A stretch of DNA of 64,000 bases from Octopus sinensis (GCF_006345805.1 NC_042997.1:68386001-68450000), one strand, 5' to 3'; positions 12,520 to 27,571 are shown, counted from the first letter of the stretch. Made by a program: numbers and translations. The notes: generated by a model not told the origin, from the sequence alone.

Positions 12520-13265
12520 CTGTAATTTTCATTGCGGACAACGCCAAGTTCAATATTCTGATTACAGACTTGGTGAGAGTGATGAGGAATGTGTCTCGCA
12601 CGTGCGACACAATGGAATTGGAAAGACTCATACAACACTTCATCCACCGTATGCAGTTCTCTGGCTACAACCAAAGGGACGGGATTAGAGTTCACAAAGG
12701 AGCCAGGGCTAAGTACAATGCCTGCATAGAGAATGATGCAAAGAGAATCTGGACGCTATACAGAAGTAAATCCTGGAACAGCACAGAAATGATAGATAAG
12801 ACCAACTCATGGCGAACTTGCATACCTTTTTAGAAAAACATTAGATAAGGCCAATCTACGATTAAAGTAGTAGAAAGGCCTGGTATCCCTATAAAATCGC
12901 TGATCTGTAGAAATTATTCCTTCGATAGAGAACATGTACGGAGAACAATTGTACAGTATGTAGGATGAACCCACAGATTACCCGTAAGTGTATAGCTTAC
13001 GAGTTACTGAGGGACGGTGCAAAAGCATGACAGTACGTAACATAGGAAAGCGTATAGATGAACACTGCTGAGAACTCAAAGAAGAGAAAGGCTCGTTAGG
13101 AATCTACCAATAAGCTCAAGCAGAACATAGAGGCTCAGTCAATAGCTTAGAGGTCAAAGTATTATCAACGCATAGAACTGACACGACACTTAGACAGATT
13201 ACAAAGGCTACACACATAACAGTAGACAGACCGAGCCTTAATAGAAAACACGAATGGAACAATAA
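12520..13265 (+). mobile_element. Penelope-like element fragment (RT thumb/linker + GIY-YIG endonuclease), degenerate
   Basis: NILITDLVRVMRNVS...HRMQFSGY...LYRSKSWN...IKVVERPG...C..C...IGKRIDEH...LRQITKA...PSLNRKHEW resembles the PLE C-terminal half. Confidence 0.8.
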
Positions 13266-13544
13266 CACCCACCACCACCACCACACAACATGACGACTAA
13301 AAACTGAAGAGAGAGGAAAAAATAATCCCGGATACAGACAGCGTAATACAAAGAAAATGATATAAAGGGCACGGTTACAAACAACATAGGAAGCGAACCC
13401 ATATACACACACACATATAGTAACTTCCAAACGGCCGAAACAATATCAACAACACGATTGACAACAACAGCAACAACAACAACAACTACCACGATGGCAG
13501 CAGCGCGGGCGAACACACAAAGTGAATTACAAGCACAGTATAAA

Positions 13545-13780
13545 AAATTGGCGAGCTGGCAGAAACGTTAGCACGCCGGGCGAAATGCTTATCAGTATTT
13601 CGTCTGCCGCTACGTTCTGAGTTCAAATTATGCCGACTTTGCCTTTCATCCTTTCAGGGTCGATAAATTAAGTACCAGTTACGCACCGTAGTTGATTTAA
13701 ATGTACTTAATCCGTTTCTCTATCCTTGTTTGTCCTTTCTGTGTTCAGCCCTTTGCGGGTAGTAAAGAAATAGGTATAAA
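13545..13780 (+). mobile_element. Type A tRNA-derived SINE, near full length
   Basis: TTGGCGAGCTGGCAGAAACGTTAGCACGCCGGGCGAAATGC...TGAGTTCAAATT...GTAGTAAAGAAATAG. Confidence 0.9.
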
Positions 13781-13901
13781 AAGTCGGGTTGAAAGGCTGC
13801 AGCAGCAGCGGAGTAGAGGACGGGGCTGAAGAGAGGTTCATAGTGCTACAAAGAACAATGGCACACGCACACACACACACAAACACACACACAAACACAC
13901 A

Positions 13902-13944
<43 letters not shown>

Positions 13945-14494
13945 CACACACACACATGTAAAGATTCACATCATAGATGAACAAGAGCACACACAAAGAC
14001 GGAAAATATCGCTGAGGAGGTTACAGATATGTGACGAAAGATTTCAGGACATTAGACATGAGGTAGAATGAGAACAGTAATAAACGAGTGAAGAACGAAT
14101 ATATAAGGAGTGTGGTTATTTGTCAAAAAAAAATAACAGCAACAAAAAAAAAACAAAACAAAAAAAAAACGACCGTCCCGAAATACAACAATATCACATA
14201 CACACATACACATTACTACTATTTAGTTTGAAGTCTTACACCACTCGACCAGGCAATGTGCAACTGATGTATAAAGCATCAATTATCAACATGGAGTGAA
14301 TCATTGATTGCATAATATATCTTAAACTCCACATATTTCTGATCATTACAAAGCACTGCGGCTTCTGCTTTTTTTTTTTTATTTAAGGGAAGTAACTCTT
14401 GCAAACTCGTCTTAAAGCTTGCCATTTAAATTCGCTGATACGTTTGCAAATTCGTTTATACAAACACACACCGATATGTACGCGCGCACACATG

Positions 14495-14580
<86 letters not shown>

Positions 14581-14600
14581 ACACACACACATATATGTCC

Positions 14601-15030
14601 ATATTCTATCGTGTGTGTGTCTATAACCAAGACAATTACAATAAATACAGAGATTAGTGCATTTGCATATAAAAACTTAAAGAAAATGTGTAGATGTATT
14701 CATCTCCGTATTCACTGTAATTTTCATTGCGGACAACGCCAAGTTCAATATTCTGATTACAGACTTGGTGAGAGTGATGAGGAATGTGTCTCGCACGTGC
14801 GACACAATGGAATTGGAAAGACTCATACAACACTTCATCCACCGTATGCAGTTCTCTGGCTACAACCAAAGGGACGGAATTAGAGTTCACAAAGGAGCCA
14901 GGGCTAAGTACAATGCCTGCATAGAGAATGATGCAAAGAGAATCTGGACGCTATACAGAAGTAAATCCTGGAACAGCACAGAAATGATAGATAAGACCAA
15001 CTCATGGCGAAATTGCATACCTTTTTAGAA
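14601..15030 (+). repeat. 430-bp near-identical direct duplicate of 12406-12835 (flank + PLE 5' junction)
   Basis: Offset 2195 bp; only two substitutions seen by eye. Confidence 0.9.
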
Positions 15031-15194
15031 GGTATGATGATTTCTTTTGAATGAAACAGTTCTAGTCCTGTAGAAGCTCCTTCTATATAATAAATTAATT
15101 TACTCTGCTATGTATTGAGTACCTTATTTACTGTGGTTAACCCCGACTCAACCCGGGACCTACATATATATATATATATATATATATATAGATA

Positions 15195-15345
15195 TATATA
15201 TTTGAAATTTACAGAAAAACAAAAGACGAAGACAGGTGTATAAACAACAAACAGGTGTATTAGTTTGACGATCTGGAAAGTGAGAAAGTCTTTTACGTTT
15301 CGAGCCAACGTTCTTCAATAGAAAGAAAACCGAGGAAATAAACAG
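15195..15345 (-). mobile_element. PLE-type terminal repeat (family C) with degenerate hammerhead-like motif, ending in (TA)n
   Basis: Minus strand TTCTATTGAAGAACGTTGGCTCGAAACGTAAAAGACT...; homologous to 57300-57450. Confidence 0.6.
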
Positions 15346-15582
15346 AGAAAATAAAAAAGTAAACCATATATACAGTGTATCGCACCAGTATTACTTGGGC
15401 TTGCGATGACAGATCAAAGATATATACAACACGAAACTAAACGTTAATTTTATACCAGCGCTCTTTAAAAGACCATCGCTACATTTGATCATACACATTG
15501 TTTATATCAACAGGATAAATTTTAAGGTCGTGAATATATATAGCTTCATTGAAATTAGGTTACTTGCTGGTCTCTCTCTTTC

Positions 15583-15620
<38 letters not shown>

Positions 15621-15724
15621 TTATTGTATAGATTACTGTATCTCTACTGGTAATACAAACTAAATTTTTCAAGACCACTATTATCTTTAATGTCTGATCA
15701 GGACTACCGTAGCAGTACGTTTCT

Positions 15725-17374
15725 GTGAAAATGCCAAAAAAGATAAGGATAGTGAAAAATAAACACTTCATCAAGATGGAATGTGCCTTGGCATTGTGGA
15801 TCAGACACTGCAAGAAGAAAAACATCACCTTGAGCGGTAACATCATTCGTGAGAAAGTCCTGAAATTATACCAGATGTTCGATAGAGAAAACGGAGCAGA
15901 ACACACCGAAGAACTGCAACCAAGACCATTGACAGCACCGGAGCTCGAAGATTTTCAAACCAGCAAGGGATGGTTTGACGGTTTCCAGAAACGGTTTAAA
16001 ATAAAGTGTGTTTCCCTGATTTGAGACACAACATCAGCCGACAAGGAAGCCGCCGAGAAGTACCTCGAGACCTTTAGGCAGATCATCGACGTCAAGGGAT
16101 ATAAGCCGGAGCAGGTCTTCAATATGGACGGAATTGGCTTCTCCTGGAAGAAGATGCCTTCCAGAACGTACATCATGTTGGACGAAGCCAGAGCCCCAGG
16201 ATTTAAGGCACAGGACAGAATGACGCTAATTATGCATGGGAATGCTGCTGGCTTCACGAGGAAACCAGGATTTATCTACAAGTCTGCAAACCCGAGGGCC
16301 TTTAAAAATACGAATAAAAACCTGCTGCCTCTCCACTGGATGCACAACCTCAAGGCCTAGATTACCAAAAATCTAACTTTGAATTGGTTCCACCAATGCT
16401 TCATCCCTCAAGCCAAGTAATACCTACAAAACGTATGCATGGAATTCAAAGTGTTGCTTGTTATGGATAATGCTGGTGGCCACTCTTTGGATTTGAATCA
16501 CGAGGAATTCCAAGTCAAGTTCCTCCCTGCCAACACTCCCTCCCTCATCAAGCCTATCGACCAAGGCGGGATCCGTGCCTTTAAGGCACTTTACACTCGA
16601 AACTCTCCAACACCTTGTGGATGCAATGGATTCGGAAGAGAATTTTAAGTTAAAGGAGTAATAGCGTAACTTCACGATCGCAGCGTGCCTGTCAGTCATC
16701 TACGCTGCCCTTAAAGGCATGTAAAAAGAAGCCTTCATCGCATGTTGGAAGAAAATGGGGCCAGAGTGTATCTAGGACTACGAGGGCTTCTCCCTCGAAG
16801 ATATTCAGCGCGAGGCTGTCAACAATGCGGTGAAACTGACAAAGGTACTTGGTGGCAAAGGTTTTGACGACATTACGCATGATGAGGTCAACGACCTCAT
16901 CGATACCAACTCTGAAATTCCGACAGTTGGAGTTAACGAAGCCTGCCAGTTAAGAGGAGGAGAAAGCACCAGATCCAGAGGAAGAGGATGAGGATGAAGT
17001 CGGCCTGGCAGTCGAACGACTGTCCTACCTTGTAAGGACTGCAAAGGAATTGCAAGAGAAGCATGGGATCCCTATATGGTTCGGTCTCTCCAACTGAAAA
17101 ATGCCATCGATGCTGCCATGCAAACATAAAACTCCCCTCACCATCATGAAGAAACAACTACAGCAACTTCCCATCACAATGTTCCACAAGCCCACCAAGA
17201 AAGCCTTGCACGAAGATACATCCCTTAAAACACCTGAAGAAGAGGCGTCACCTGAAGAGCTTTAAATCTTCTTTGCTGTGCAGTCATTATTTTCATCGTC
17301 ATCGTTTTAAATCAATAATATTATTATTGGTGAGTAACCGTACATTTTACTGTAGTTATTATTATTATTATTAT

Positions 17375-17432
<58 letters not shown>

Positions 17433-17540
17433 AATCATATTTTGAAATTTATATGCATTTTTATGGACCACGTCCAATATTTGCGGCTTTTCTCTATTCG
17501 CCGGAGGTCTAGGAACGTAACTCCGCCCCGCGAATACTGT
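15725..17540 (+). mobile_element. Tigger/pogo (TIGD1-like) DNA transposon, 5'-truncated pseudogene
   Basis: CENP-B HTH (MECALALWI...IIREK...SKGWFDGFQKR), DDE domain (QVFNMD..., LLVMDNAGGH, IKPIDQGGIRAFKALY); right subterminal region ...GGTCTAGGAACGTAAC...CCCGCGAATACTG. Confidence 0.9.
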
Positions 17541-17544
17541 GTGT

Positions 17545-17735
17545 TAAGTAGCTTGCTTACCACACACCCACTCCTGCGCTTACGTCCCCGTAGCTTACCG
17601 GCTCGGCAAAAGTGACCGATAGAATATGTACTAGGCCTAGAAATGATAAGTCATGGGATCGATTTCTTCGACTAAAGGTGGTGCTCCAGTATGGCCGCAG
17701 TCAGATGACTAAAACAAATAAAAGAATAAAAGAAA
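17545..17735 (+). mobile_element. Type B SINE (internally deleted)
   Basis: GTTAAGTAGCTTGCTTACC head; tail AAGGTGGTGCTCCAGTATGGCCGCAGTCAGATGACTAAAAC. Confidence 0.8.
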
Positions 17736-18244
17736 AAATGTCTATATTCCTGCATACTTCAAATCTCTCCTTGGCGTTGTGAAGCATTTCAGGTGTTAGC
17801 TCCTGCACTGCTAACTGAATGTGTTCTTTAAACTCAGCTAAACGTTTGCTCCATCTTGGGAATTGAGGCAAAGAAAATGATAGCTGTCAAAGTGAAAAAA
17901 AAAAACTGTCATGGACAAATAAGAAGGGTTCAAAAGGAATGAAAATAAAATTATAAACAAAATTCAAAATTTATACACTTTTAACACATATTAAACATGA
18001 TAAACATACGTAAAAGTGAGTTTTAAAAAAATGCACCCGATTTCGCTCAAATCATCTTTAATTCTAGGACACCCTGTATTTACCCGTCCGACTAAAGGCG
18101 GGGTGGCATGTGGTGGGGGACTAATTGCAGCTGGCGAGCGTAGCTTCCGGAATTGGTCACGCGGTCAAACTCAAATGAGTCACAACAGCAGTTTGCTTTT
18201 TTCTATGAACATTTTGCATTATATAGTTCAGACATGGATGACAT

Positions 18245-18585
18245 AGAAAGCAGACATGCTGCCGAGCCATGCTGCGTTGCGCAGGATTAGAAACGTGAAA
18301 CATCAACAGGGCACTTCCGGAGAACGGATGAATGGGTTTGTTGTAACTTTACCCAGCTGCACACACACGCGAGCTTGATTAATGTTTGTTGCAAATTTGG
18401 AGGAAAGCGACTGGATACTCTTCCTGTTACGGGCCTTAACACTGCGAAAATGTTTTTTAAAATGCGGTTTATCTGGCCCTGGGTCCGTATTAGGCAAGAA
18501 TTTGAACATTTTTTTGGCCTATGACACGTCATAGACCCTAAGTAATGCATGTGTAAAATTTCATTAATATCGGTTTAAATGCTTG
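18245..18585 (+). mobile_element. Helentron/DINE-1 (HINE)-like non-autonomous element fragment
   Basis: 3' part GACCCTAAGTAATGCATGTGTAAAATTTCATTAATATCGG matches 52830-52870 of the element at 51914-52947. Confidence 0.45.
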
Positions 18586-19129
18586 TATATTATCTTCTAT
18601 CTTTTATTTGTTTCAGTCACTAGAGTGCCGCCATGCTGGGGCGCTGTCTTGAAAAATGTTAGTAGACTGAATCGACTTAATAATTATAATTATTTTCTAA
18701 TGCCTGGTAATTATGCTATCGTTATCTTTCGCCAAGTGGTGGAGCCAAACACAGGCAGAAAGACACACTCAAAGTTAACCTTTCCGTATTAAAATTACTT
18801 CTGTCACTGTTGATTATTTTTTAATATTATTTGCGACACCAGTGCTAAATAGACATGGAAATTCTATATATCAATGACGAAGGAATTCGACTGCTGTGTT
18901 TAATTGGACGTCTGCCATGAAATCACGGGATTTGGCAGCCGCAACGGACGATTATCGCCCGTCACTGATATAAACACGAGTACTTATATGTACCACAATT
19001 CCACACGCAAGGCCCTCTCACGGTAAATAATGCAGTATTCTCTGTTGAAAAGCAACCTCCACTTTTAGTGGGAGATAAATATTACCTTGTGGTATTAATA
19101 TTGCTTCTTTCGCTATTAATTTTAATATT

Positions 19130-19758
<629 letters not shown>

Positions 19759-20145
19759 ATTCTGTACATTTATTTTCATTTTCATCGATATCATTAAGGC
19801 AAATTTTAAATGAGTGTATATAAGATGTCATTTAATGAAAAATTCCACTTGAGCGTTTCATTTTCATTTACTATGGGATTTTTTATAGGATACGTTATCT
19901 GCATAACTAAAGGGAAATAATCTATAAGTATAGAAATATCAGAGTTGCCTCCCATGCGTATAAAAAATACGAAAAGACGTTTGATAAGAAAATAATGACT
20001 CGTTATTATTTCTAGTTAGCGTTTTAACGTTCCTTGCCATAAATGTCAACTATGATAGTTTATTAATATAATGACATTAATACAGTAAAAGGTTTGAAAG
20101 GAAAAACTTCATCAAAACTCCGCCAGATTTGGTTCTTCGGATTTC

Positions 20146-20525
20146 ATACCGCAGAACGGGGCGCCACTGCATGGTGCCAAGGATTCCAACATCACCATCA
20201 AAATACAGGTCCAGATACTGCAACAGCTTGGGTTTCAGAGGACCACAGCTCTTTAACATCCTCCCTAAATGCCTGAGAGACTTACATGGTGTGGATGTGG
20301 GTTTCTTTAAAACTAAACTGGATCTCTTCTTGTCGGGAGTCCCAGATGAACCTACCTCACGACAGGAGACGCAGATGCGGGCAGCAGCGTCGAACTCCCT
20401 TGTTGATCAAGTGCCACGTATCAGAGGTGGATTCACATATTAGTGTAGCTCATTCAACGGTGGTGCCCCAGCATGGCCGCGGCCTTCGGGCTAAAACATT
20501 TTAAAGGATTTAATGATTTAAGGAT
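20146..20525 (+). mobile_element. 3' end of an APE-type LINE (CR1/L2/Jockey-group-like) with short-repeat tail
   Basis: RTGRHCMVP...NSLGFRGPQLFNILPKCLRD...FKTKLDLFLSGVPDEP C-terminal motif; tail GGATTTAATGATTTAAGG. Confidence 0.75.
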
Positions 20526-21229
20526 AGATGTGTTTCTAGGAATGTTTTTGGAAATGAAGGCTTACATCGGTAATAGGTGCAACTGAAAAAATAGGTGCAA
20601 CTGAAAAAAAAAAATAATAGCTTATTTCTGTACATATAATTCACATATACTTCATTTGCTTTTTTTTTTCACTTTAGTATTGGCTTCCAAGTGTTTATTT
20701 TAATTTTTGTGCTTCTAAATATTTGCTGAGATTGACATAAAGTTGAATTACGCTGAGGTTAATTAATTTCTTTTAAAGAAATCACGTCGTAAAGTTGAAA
20801 AGGGACGTAACTCAAAAGACATAAGGTGCTGCATGCCTGTATATGTTGTAAGTCACACACTGGTTATATGTTAGCAATTTGTGGTGGTTAGGACTGTAAC
20901 TGTTTGGGAAGTTGACCAGTATATGCTCTTATTAATACTAACTGGTCCAAAGCCCTAAAATAGATCAGTTGATAACAGATGTCTGGGAATATCATATATT
21001 AAAAGTACTTTGTATGTGTTTATTTTTGGTTTTGGCACACTGGGGACATTATCAAGGAACTTCGGTTGTATTTCACAATGTGTTTAGTGCGAAACATGGG
21101 ACGGTCGTGAAGGTCTAGGAAGAGATTGGTTGGATGTGATTTGTAACTAATTAATTTCATTTTCTGACGCTCCAAAGATTCTGCTGTCTCGTCACATCTG
21201 ATGGATTCTAATTTAAACGCAAGGCCAGT

Positions 21230-21890
21230 AATTCTGAGGGAAGGGTATTATGAATACTATGAGGAACCTAGCACTTTAATGGTTCTTCGTTTATTCACCC
21301 AGGTGGGAAGAAAGGTAAAGTTGGCCTCGGCAGTGTTTGAACTCGAAATGTAAATTAATGGAATAAATACCGCAAAACATTTTGCTCAAAATTCTAACAA
21401 TTTTACCAATCATCCAGCATGGTACTCGTAATAATTCTTTGTATTATAGGCACAAGGCCTGGAATTTGTGGACAGGGGCTTGTCAATTACATCGACCCCA
21501 GTGCTGAACTGGCACTAATTTCATCGACACCGAAAGAATGAAAGGCAAAGTCGACCTCGGCAGTATGTGAACTCAGAACGCAAAGGCAGATGAAATATCG
21601 CTAAATATTTTGTCCAGCGTGCTAACAGTTCTGCCACCTCGCCGTCTTGGTGCTCGTCATAATAATTCCTTTTACTATAAGCCACCATGCCTGAAATTTT
21701 GTGGAGATGGGGTTTGCCGATTATAACGATCTCAAAGATTGATTGGTACGTATTTCGGCGACCCCGGAAGTATGAAACGCTGAGTCGTCCTCAGCGGAAT
21801 TTGAACTCAGGACATAAATAACCGAAAAAAATACCGCGAAGCATTTTGCTCGGGTCGGTAACGATTCGCCTTGGTATTCGTCACAATAAC
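21230..21890 (-). mobile_element. Three head-to-tail diverged type A SINEs
   Basis: Three units of ~225 bp, each followed by TGGTRYTCGT(CA)-AATAA. Confidence 0.75.
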
Positions 21891-22059
21891 GATACAATAT
21901 GATAGTCAGGAAAAAGCGTAGCCGTGGTTAGAGATTGTTGAGTATCAGTGTCAGACTGAGCATTTGTTTTTTTCGATCGATGTTCAATTCTTCAGGTTTG
22001 TTAAGCTGATGCCAACTGACGCTGATAAAGATGAATAGATTTTACGAAATACAGATTGA

Positions 22060-22380
22060 AGAAGGTATTGGCGAGCTGGCAAGATCGTTAGCGCGCCGGA
22101 TAAAATGCTTAGCGGCATTCCATCCGTCTTTATGTTCTGGCTCAAATTCCGCCGAGGTCGATACATATATAAATCATATTTTGAAATTTATATGCATTTT
22201 TATGGACCACGTCCAATATTTGCTGCTTTTCCCTATTCGCAGGTGGTCTAAGAACGTAACTAGGGGTCGACAAAAATTAAGTACCAGTTGAGTACTGGTA
22301 TCGATATAATCGACTAGTCCCCTTCCCCAAAATTTCAGGCCTTGTGCCTATAAATAGAAAGGATTATTTAAGATCATGTA
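22060..22380 (+). mobile_element. Type A SINE containing an inserted ~95-bp Tigger subterminal fragment
   Basis: TTGGCGAGCTGGCAAGATCG head; ~22168-22260 matches ~17428-17522. Confidence 0.75.
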
Positions 22381-22939
22381 AAACCTGCCTGATTGTCAGA
22401 AGACAGATGTTTAAACCAGTGGTGATAGAGCATGAGTTTTAGAATATAAAATCACAGCCAAACAATTAATTGAAGTTAATTTTCATTGCTTCCATTAAAT
22501 TGAAAGGAAACGTTGACGTAGTCATATCGAGGTGTTTTGAATAAGATTTGATAATCTTTTATATTTTATCTTTTACTTGTTTTAGAGATTAGAATGTAGC
22601 CATGCTGAGACACCAACTTCAAGTGTTTCATTCGAACAAATCAACGCCAATACTTATTTTCAAAAATCTGGTATTTATTTTATCGGTTATTTTGAACGAA
22701 CTGCTACGTTACGAGAACGTAAAGTAATTAAACACAATAAACACTGCTCAGTATCCTTAAAAAATACGATCTGTAATCGAGAGGCTGGAACCATATCAAA
22801 AGCAGGCAGAGAATCATATAGTTGAAAGTTTGATCATTCAACTGTTGAGTTGGGAAAAGATCATGGCACACACGGAACTTTCGGGATAAATTTGATAATT
22901 TGCATGAAAGGAAAAGAAACACAACATCCCATCCAAAAG

Positions 22940-23520
22940 TGAATGTATGTTAAAATATCGAAAGATAGCAACTAAGACGGATTCCGAACCTGGCGCATGG
23001 GTTCCTCACTGATTTTCGAATACCTCTTTGATTTTCGCCATCAGCCTGGCCTTGGTGTTGCGGGCAGAACGGTTGGTGTCTTTCTCAACCGTTCCTCACA
23101 CAGTTTTCCTAAGGGTTACAATCGGGAGAATTAGGAGGCTAAAAACTGGGGCTCATGAAATCATAGAAATTTTCTTGACAAACTTTTGATTCTTTCCACA
23201 GGAATGGCAGGAAGGTGACTCATGCTGCCAATCATTAGAACTTCCAACTGTAACCCTCCCCAGCCAGGGATTGAGCACAGTCTCCAGCAGTTTCGCATAA
23301 TCGTCTGAATTGAGCCTAAGGCCCTCTTAATCAGTTGTTAGGTGAATTCCGGAGTGTGCGCACGAAGTTGAAGCGCTTGTTGTGTTCCTTCCTGCTGGCT
23401 ACAGCTTCATAGTCTCTGTTACAGACACATTTTACAGCCTTTACAGTGTTCATAGCACTGAACAACAGTGATGATATTGGCATTTTAACATTCGGCGAGA
23501 CGGCTTCCAGGCATCCAAGT
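22940..23520 (-). mobile_element. Tc1/mariner (maT/DD37D-like) transposase 3' fragment, degenerate
   Basis: Minus strand resembles LRLNSDDYAKLLETVLNPWL...WPPNSPDCNP...VEKDTNRSARNTKARLMAKIKEVF, read through frameshifts. Confidence 0.65.
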
Positions 23521-23611
23521 CAGCTAACTTTTTCTCAACTATAACTTCAATCTTTATGCTCAACAACGCCGTTCACTGTTCACCAATATATCAAGCTATT
23601 CTTGGGAAAAG

Positions 23612-24947
<1,336 letters not shown>

Positions 24948-25419
24948 CACTTTGCTCTTATGTGTTTATTTCCTCCCTGCCTGAGGTTACCGTGGATTTT
25001 TAGGTTACCGGAATAAACAAACTTGCAACTCGTCAAAAATGTGTGTTGATTTTAATAATTCTTATTTTGATGAATAAAATTTCGACTTTGTTGAAATATA
25101 TTGTGATGAATTTCATGTTTCAAAACGTGGCTTATTTTTTACTCAGCCTAATATAATATTAATGTAGAATCCAGTGTTTTATCCAGAAAATAGCATAATC
25201 TGGAATACATTGACTATTATTTACCTAAACTTCAGATATAGGTATAAGATCTAAGAGGAGCCTGAACCAGGTAAGTGTTGTAGTCGAGTAACTATCATTA
25301 TTATTATTATTATCATTTTTGTATAGCATTCATAAGTATATAACTGAAGTGATGTCATTACTAGTCAAACATTTGAGATAAAATTTCCAGTGATAGAATA
25401 ATATTTTCCACTATACGCA

Positions 25420-25484
25420 CGAAGCCTGAAATATTTGGTGAGTGTTTAGTCGATCACATTGACTCAACTGTCTGTCTGCCTGTA

Positions 25485-25557
<73 letters not shown>

Positions 25558-25680
25558 GTCTGTCTGTCTTTGCTGTAAACACCCGCTAAATGGAGGGCTA
25601 GGCATGCCGTGGTTGATGATGCTCAACTGGTACTTACTTTATCGACCCCTTAAAGATGAAAGGCAAAGTTGAAAAACAGA
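25420..25680 (-). mobile_element. Type A SINE interrupted by a 151-bp locally templated insertion
   Basis: Insert 25471-25621 copies ~23809-23951; CTCAACTG on both sides. Confidence 0.75.
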
Positions 25681-25989
25681 AGGTAAAGATGAAAGGCAAA
25701 GTTTGAAAAACAGAAGGTAAAATCGAAAAAGAAAAAAACAAAAGGAAAATGCTGCTAAGCAAATTGTCCAGCGTGCTAACGAATCTGCGAGATCGCCACT
25801 TTTCAGTGATAGAATAATAACAGTTAAGATAAGTACATTTAAGTTACCCAAAATAGACATTTTGCGATATAGCGTGCAAATTTCTGCAGCGTATTAATTG
25901 CATTTCTATTTATTCTTTTAAGCGGGGATTACAACTTCTGAGAGAGCTTTGAAAATAGTATATTACTATACATAACAGATTATCGAATA

Positions 25990-26280
25990 TTGTTAAACAC
26001 CGCTTGTCACAACGCACTTCCTCGCACTGTTACAGCTTTCAAATTATACCACCTTGCCTGCTTGGCGGACAGGCTTATGGTGCATAAGTGACCGAGATCA
26101 CGCCACGACCCCTGATCAGGACGCCAGTCCGTCTAAGTGTTACACATTTATAGCTGAGTGGGTGGGAACATTGTGAAATGAAAATTTTACTCTGGAACAC
26201 AATGCATCCCCTGGCTCGGAAATCGAAATCGCAATCATGAGAGCAACACCCTAACCACTAGCCACGCACCTTCACGTAAA
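25990..26280 (-). mobile_element. tRNA-derived SINE with CORE/MESC-like block, diverged
   Basis: Minus-strand head GTGAAGGTGCGTGGCTAGTGGTTAGGGTGTTG... and central TTGTGTTCCAGAGTAAAATTTTCATTTCAC. Confidence 0.6.
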
Positions 26281-26404
26281 TAATATGAAAACTATTAATG
26301 AGTGGTTGTTTGGTAAGAAGCTTGCTTCTCAACCACATTCATTCTGTTGCAGTTTCTTCTCTTTTTCTCTCTCTACACATCCATCAACCGTTAAACAATT
26401 CTCT

Positions 26405-27571
26405 GTTATTATTATTATTATTCAGTAGTTTTATTTTTATAGCGTGCTTTCACTTCACTACCGAGCGCAGCTCTGTGTGCCTTGGGTATGTGCTGTGATT
26501 TGTTGTGATGCTCTGATGGTTATTGTATGGAAAGTGTTCTGCGTAGGATGTGTGTAGTGCCTAGTAGTGCAATTTTCTGTATGTTATATGTGTTTGTAAG
26601 TCCTGGTGTTTTTGTTATGTATTTGTCTGAATATTTTTTTATCATGCCTAATGCACCTACTATGATAGGAATTGTTTCTGTTTTCAGGTTCCACATTCTA
26701 GTTACCTCTATTTCCAGGTCTTTGTATTTTGAGAGTTTCTCCATTTCTTTTAGAGAAACGTTGTCATCTGCCGGTATTGATACATCATTAGAAAGCATTT
26801 TTTTCTTCATGATCTCTGACAATATTCTGGTCTGTTGGCCTTAATTTCTCTATCTGTGTGTATCGGCATATCCCAGAGTATGGTTGCTTTCTCGTTTTCT
26901 GTGACCTTTTCTGGTGTGTGCCTATACCATCTTTTTTCTGTTGTTATTCCATAATGTTGGCATAGCTTCAATGTATGTAGGTTCCAACTCTGTCATGTCT
27001 GTGAATATATTCCTTCTTAGCCAGGACTGGGCAGCTAGAGATAATATGATTTATTGTTTCTTGTCCATCTCCACATATTCTGCAGTTACTTGTAATATTT
27101 CTTTCATTACTGTTTTTGGTAATTTCTGGTGGGGAGGCTTTGGTCTTGTGCTGCAATTAAAAAACCCCTCTGTTTCTGCTTTGAGTCCTGAGCTTCTCAA
27201 CCATTGCTGGGATTTTTCTTTGTCTATTTCTTTTGCGTTTAGTTTAGTGCAGTATTTACCATGAAGGGGCTTTTCTTGCCATCGTTTTATCATGGCTCGT
27301 TGCTGTTCTATTTTTAGTTTGGATTTCATTTGTTTTATAGCTTTTGTTGTTTCTTCATCATCTTCTTCTTCTTTGTGTTTATTAGGTGGTATGATTTCTT
27401 GTTTGTATTTGTCAGCTTCCGTAAATACTGAGAACAGTTTTTTGTTTTGCTCGTGTTTTGCTGCTATCTGGATCAGTTTTCCTTCCTTCTGAAGTAGGTA
27501 TTTTTGCAGTCCTATGGTGGTTATTTTATAGTAGTTTTCCAGCTGTATAAGGCCTCTACCACCTTCTATAC
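26405..27571 (-). mobile_element. Dong/R4-clade LINE 3' portion (CCHC + RLE), 5'-truncated, flanked by (TAA)n on both sides
   Basis: WQEKPLHGKY...WLRSSGLKAETEG...CRICGDGQETINHIISSCPVLAKKEYIHRHD...DVSIPAD...EKLSKYKDLEIEV...IIVGALG; well preserved. Confidence 0.92.

Noticed and set aside
21230-21890. Regularly spaced repeats superficially like a CRISPR array
   Set aside because: Eukaryotic context, ~225-bp SINE units, no unique spacers or cas genes.
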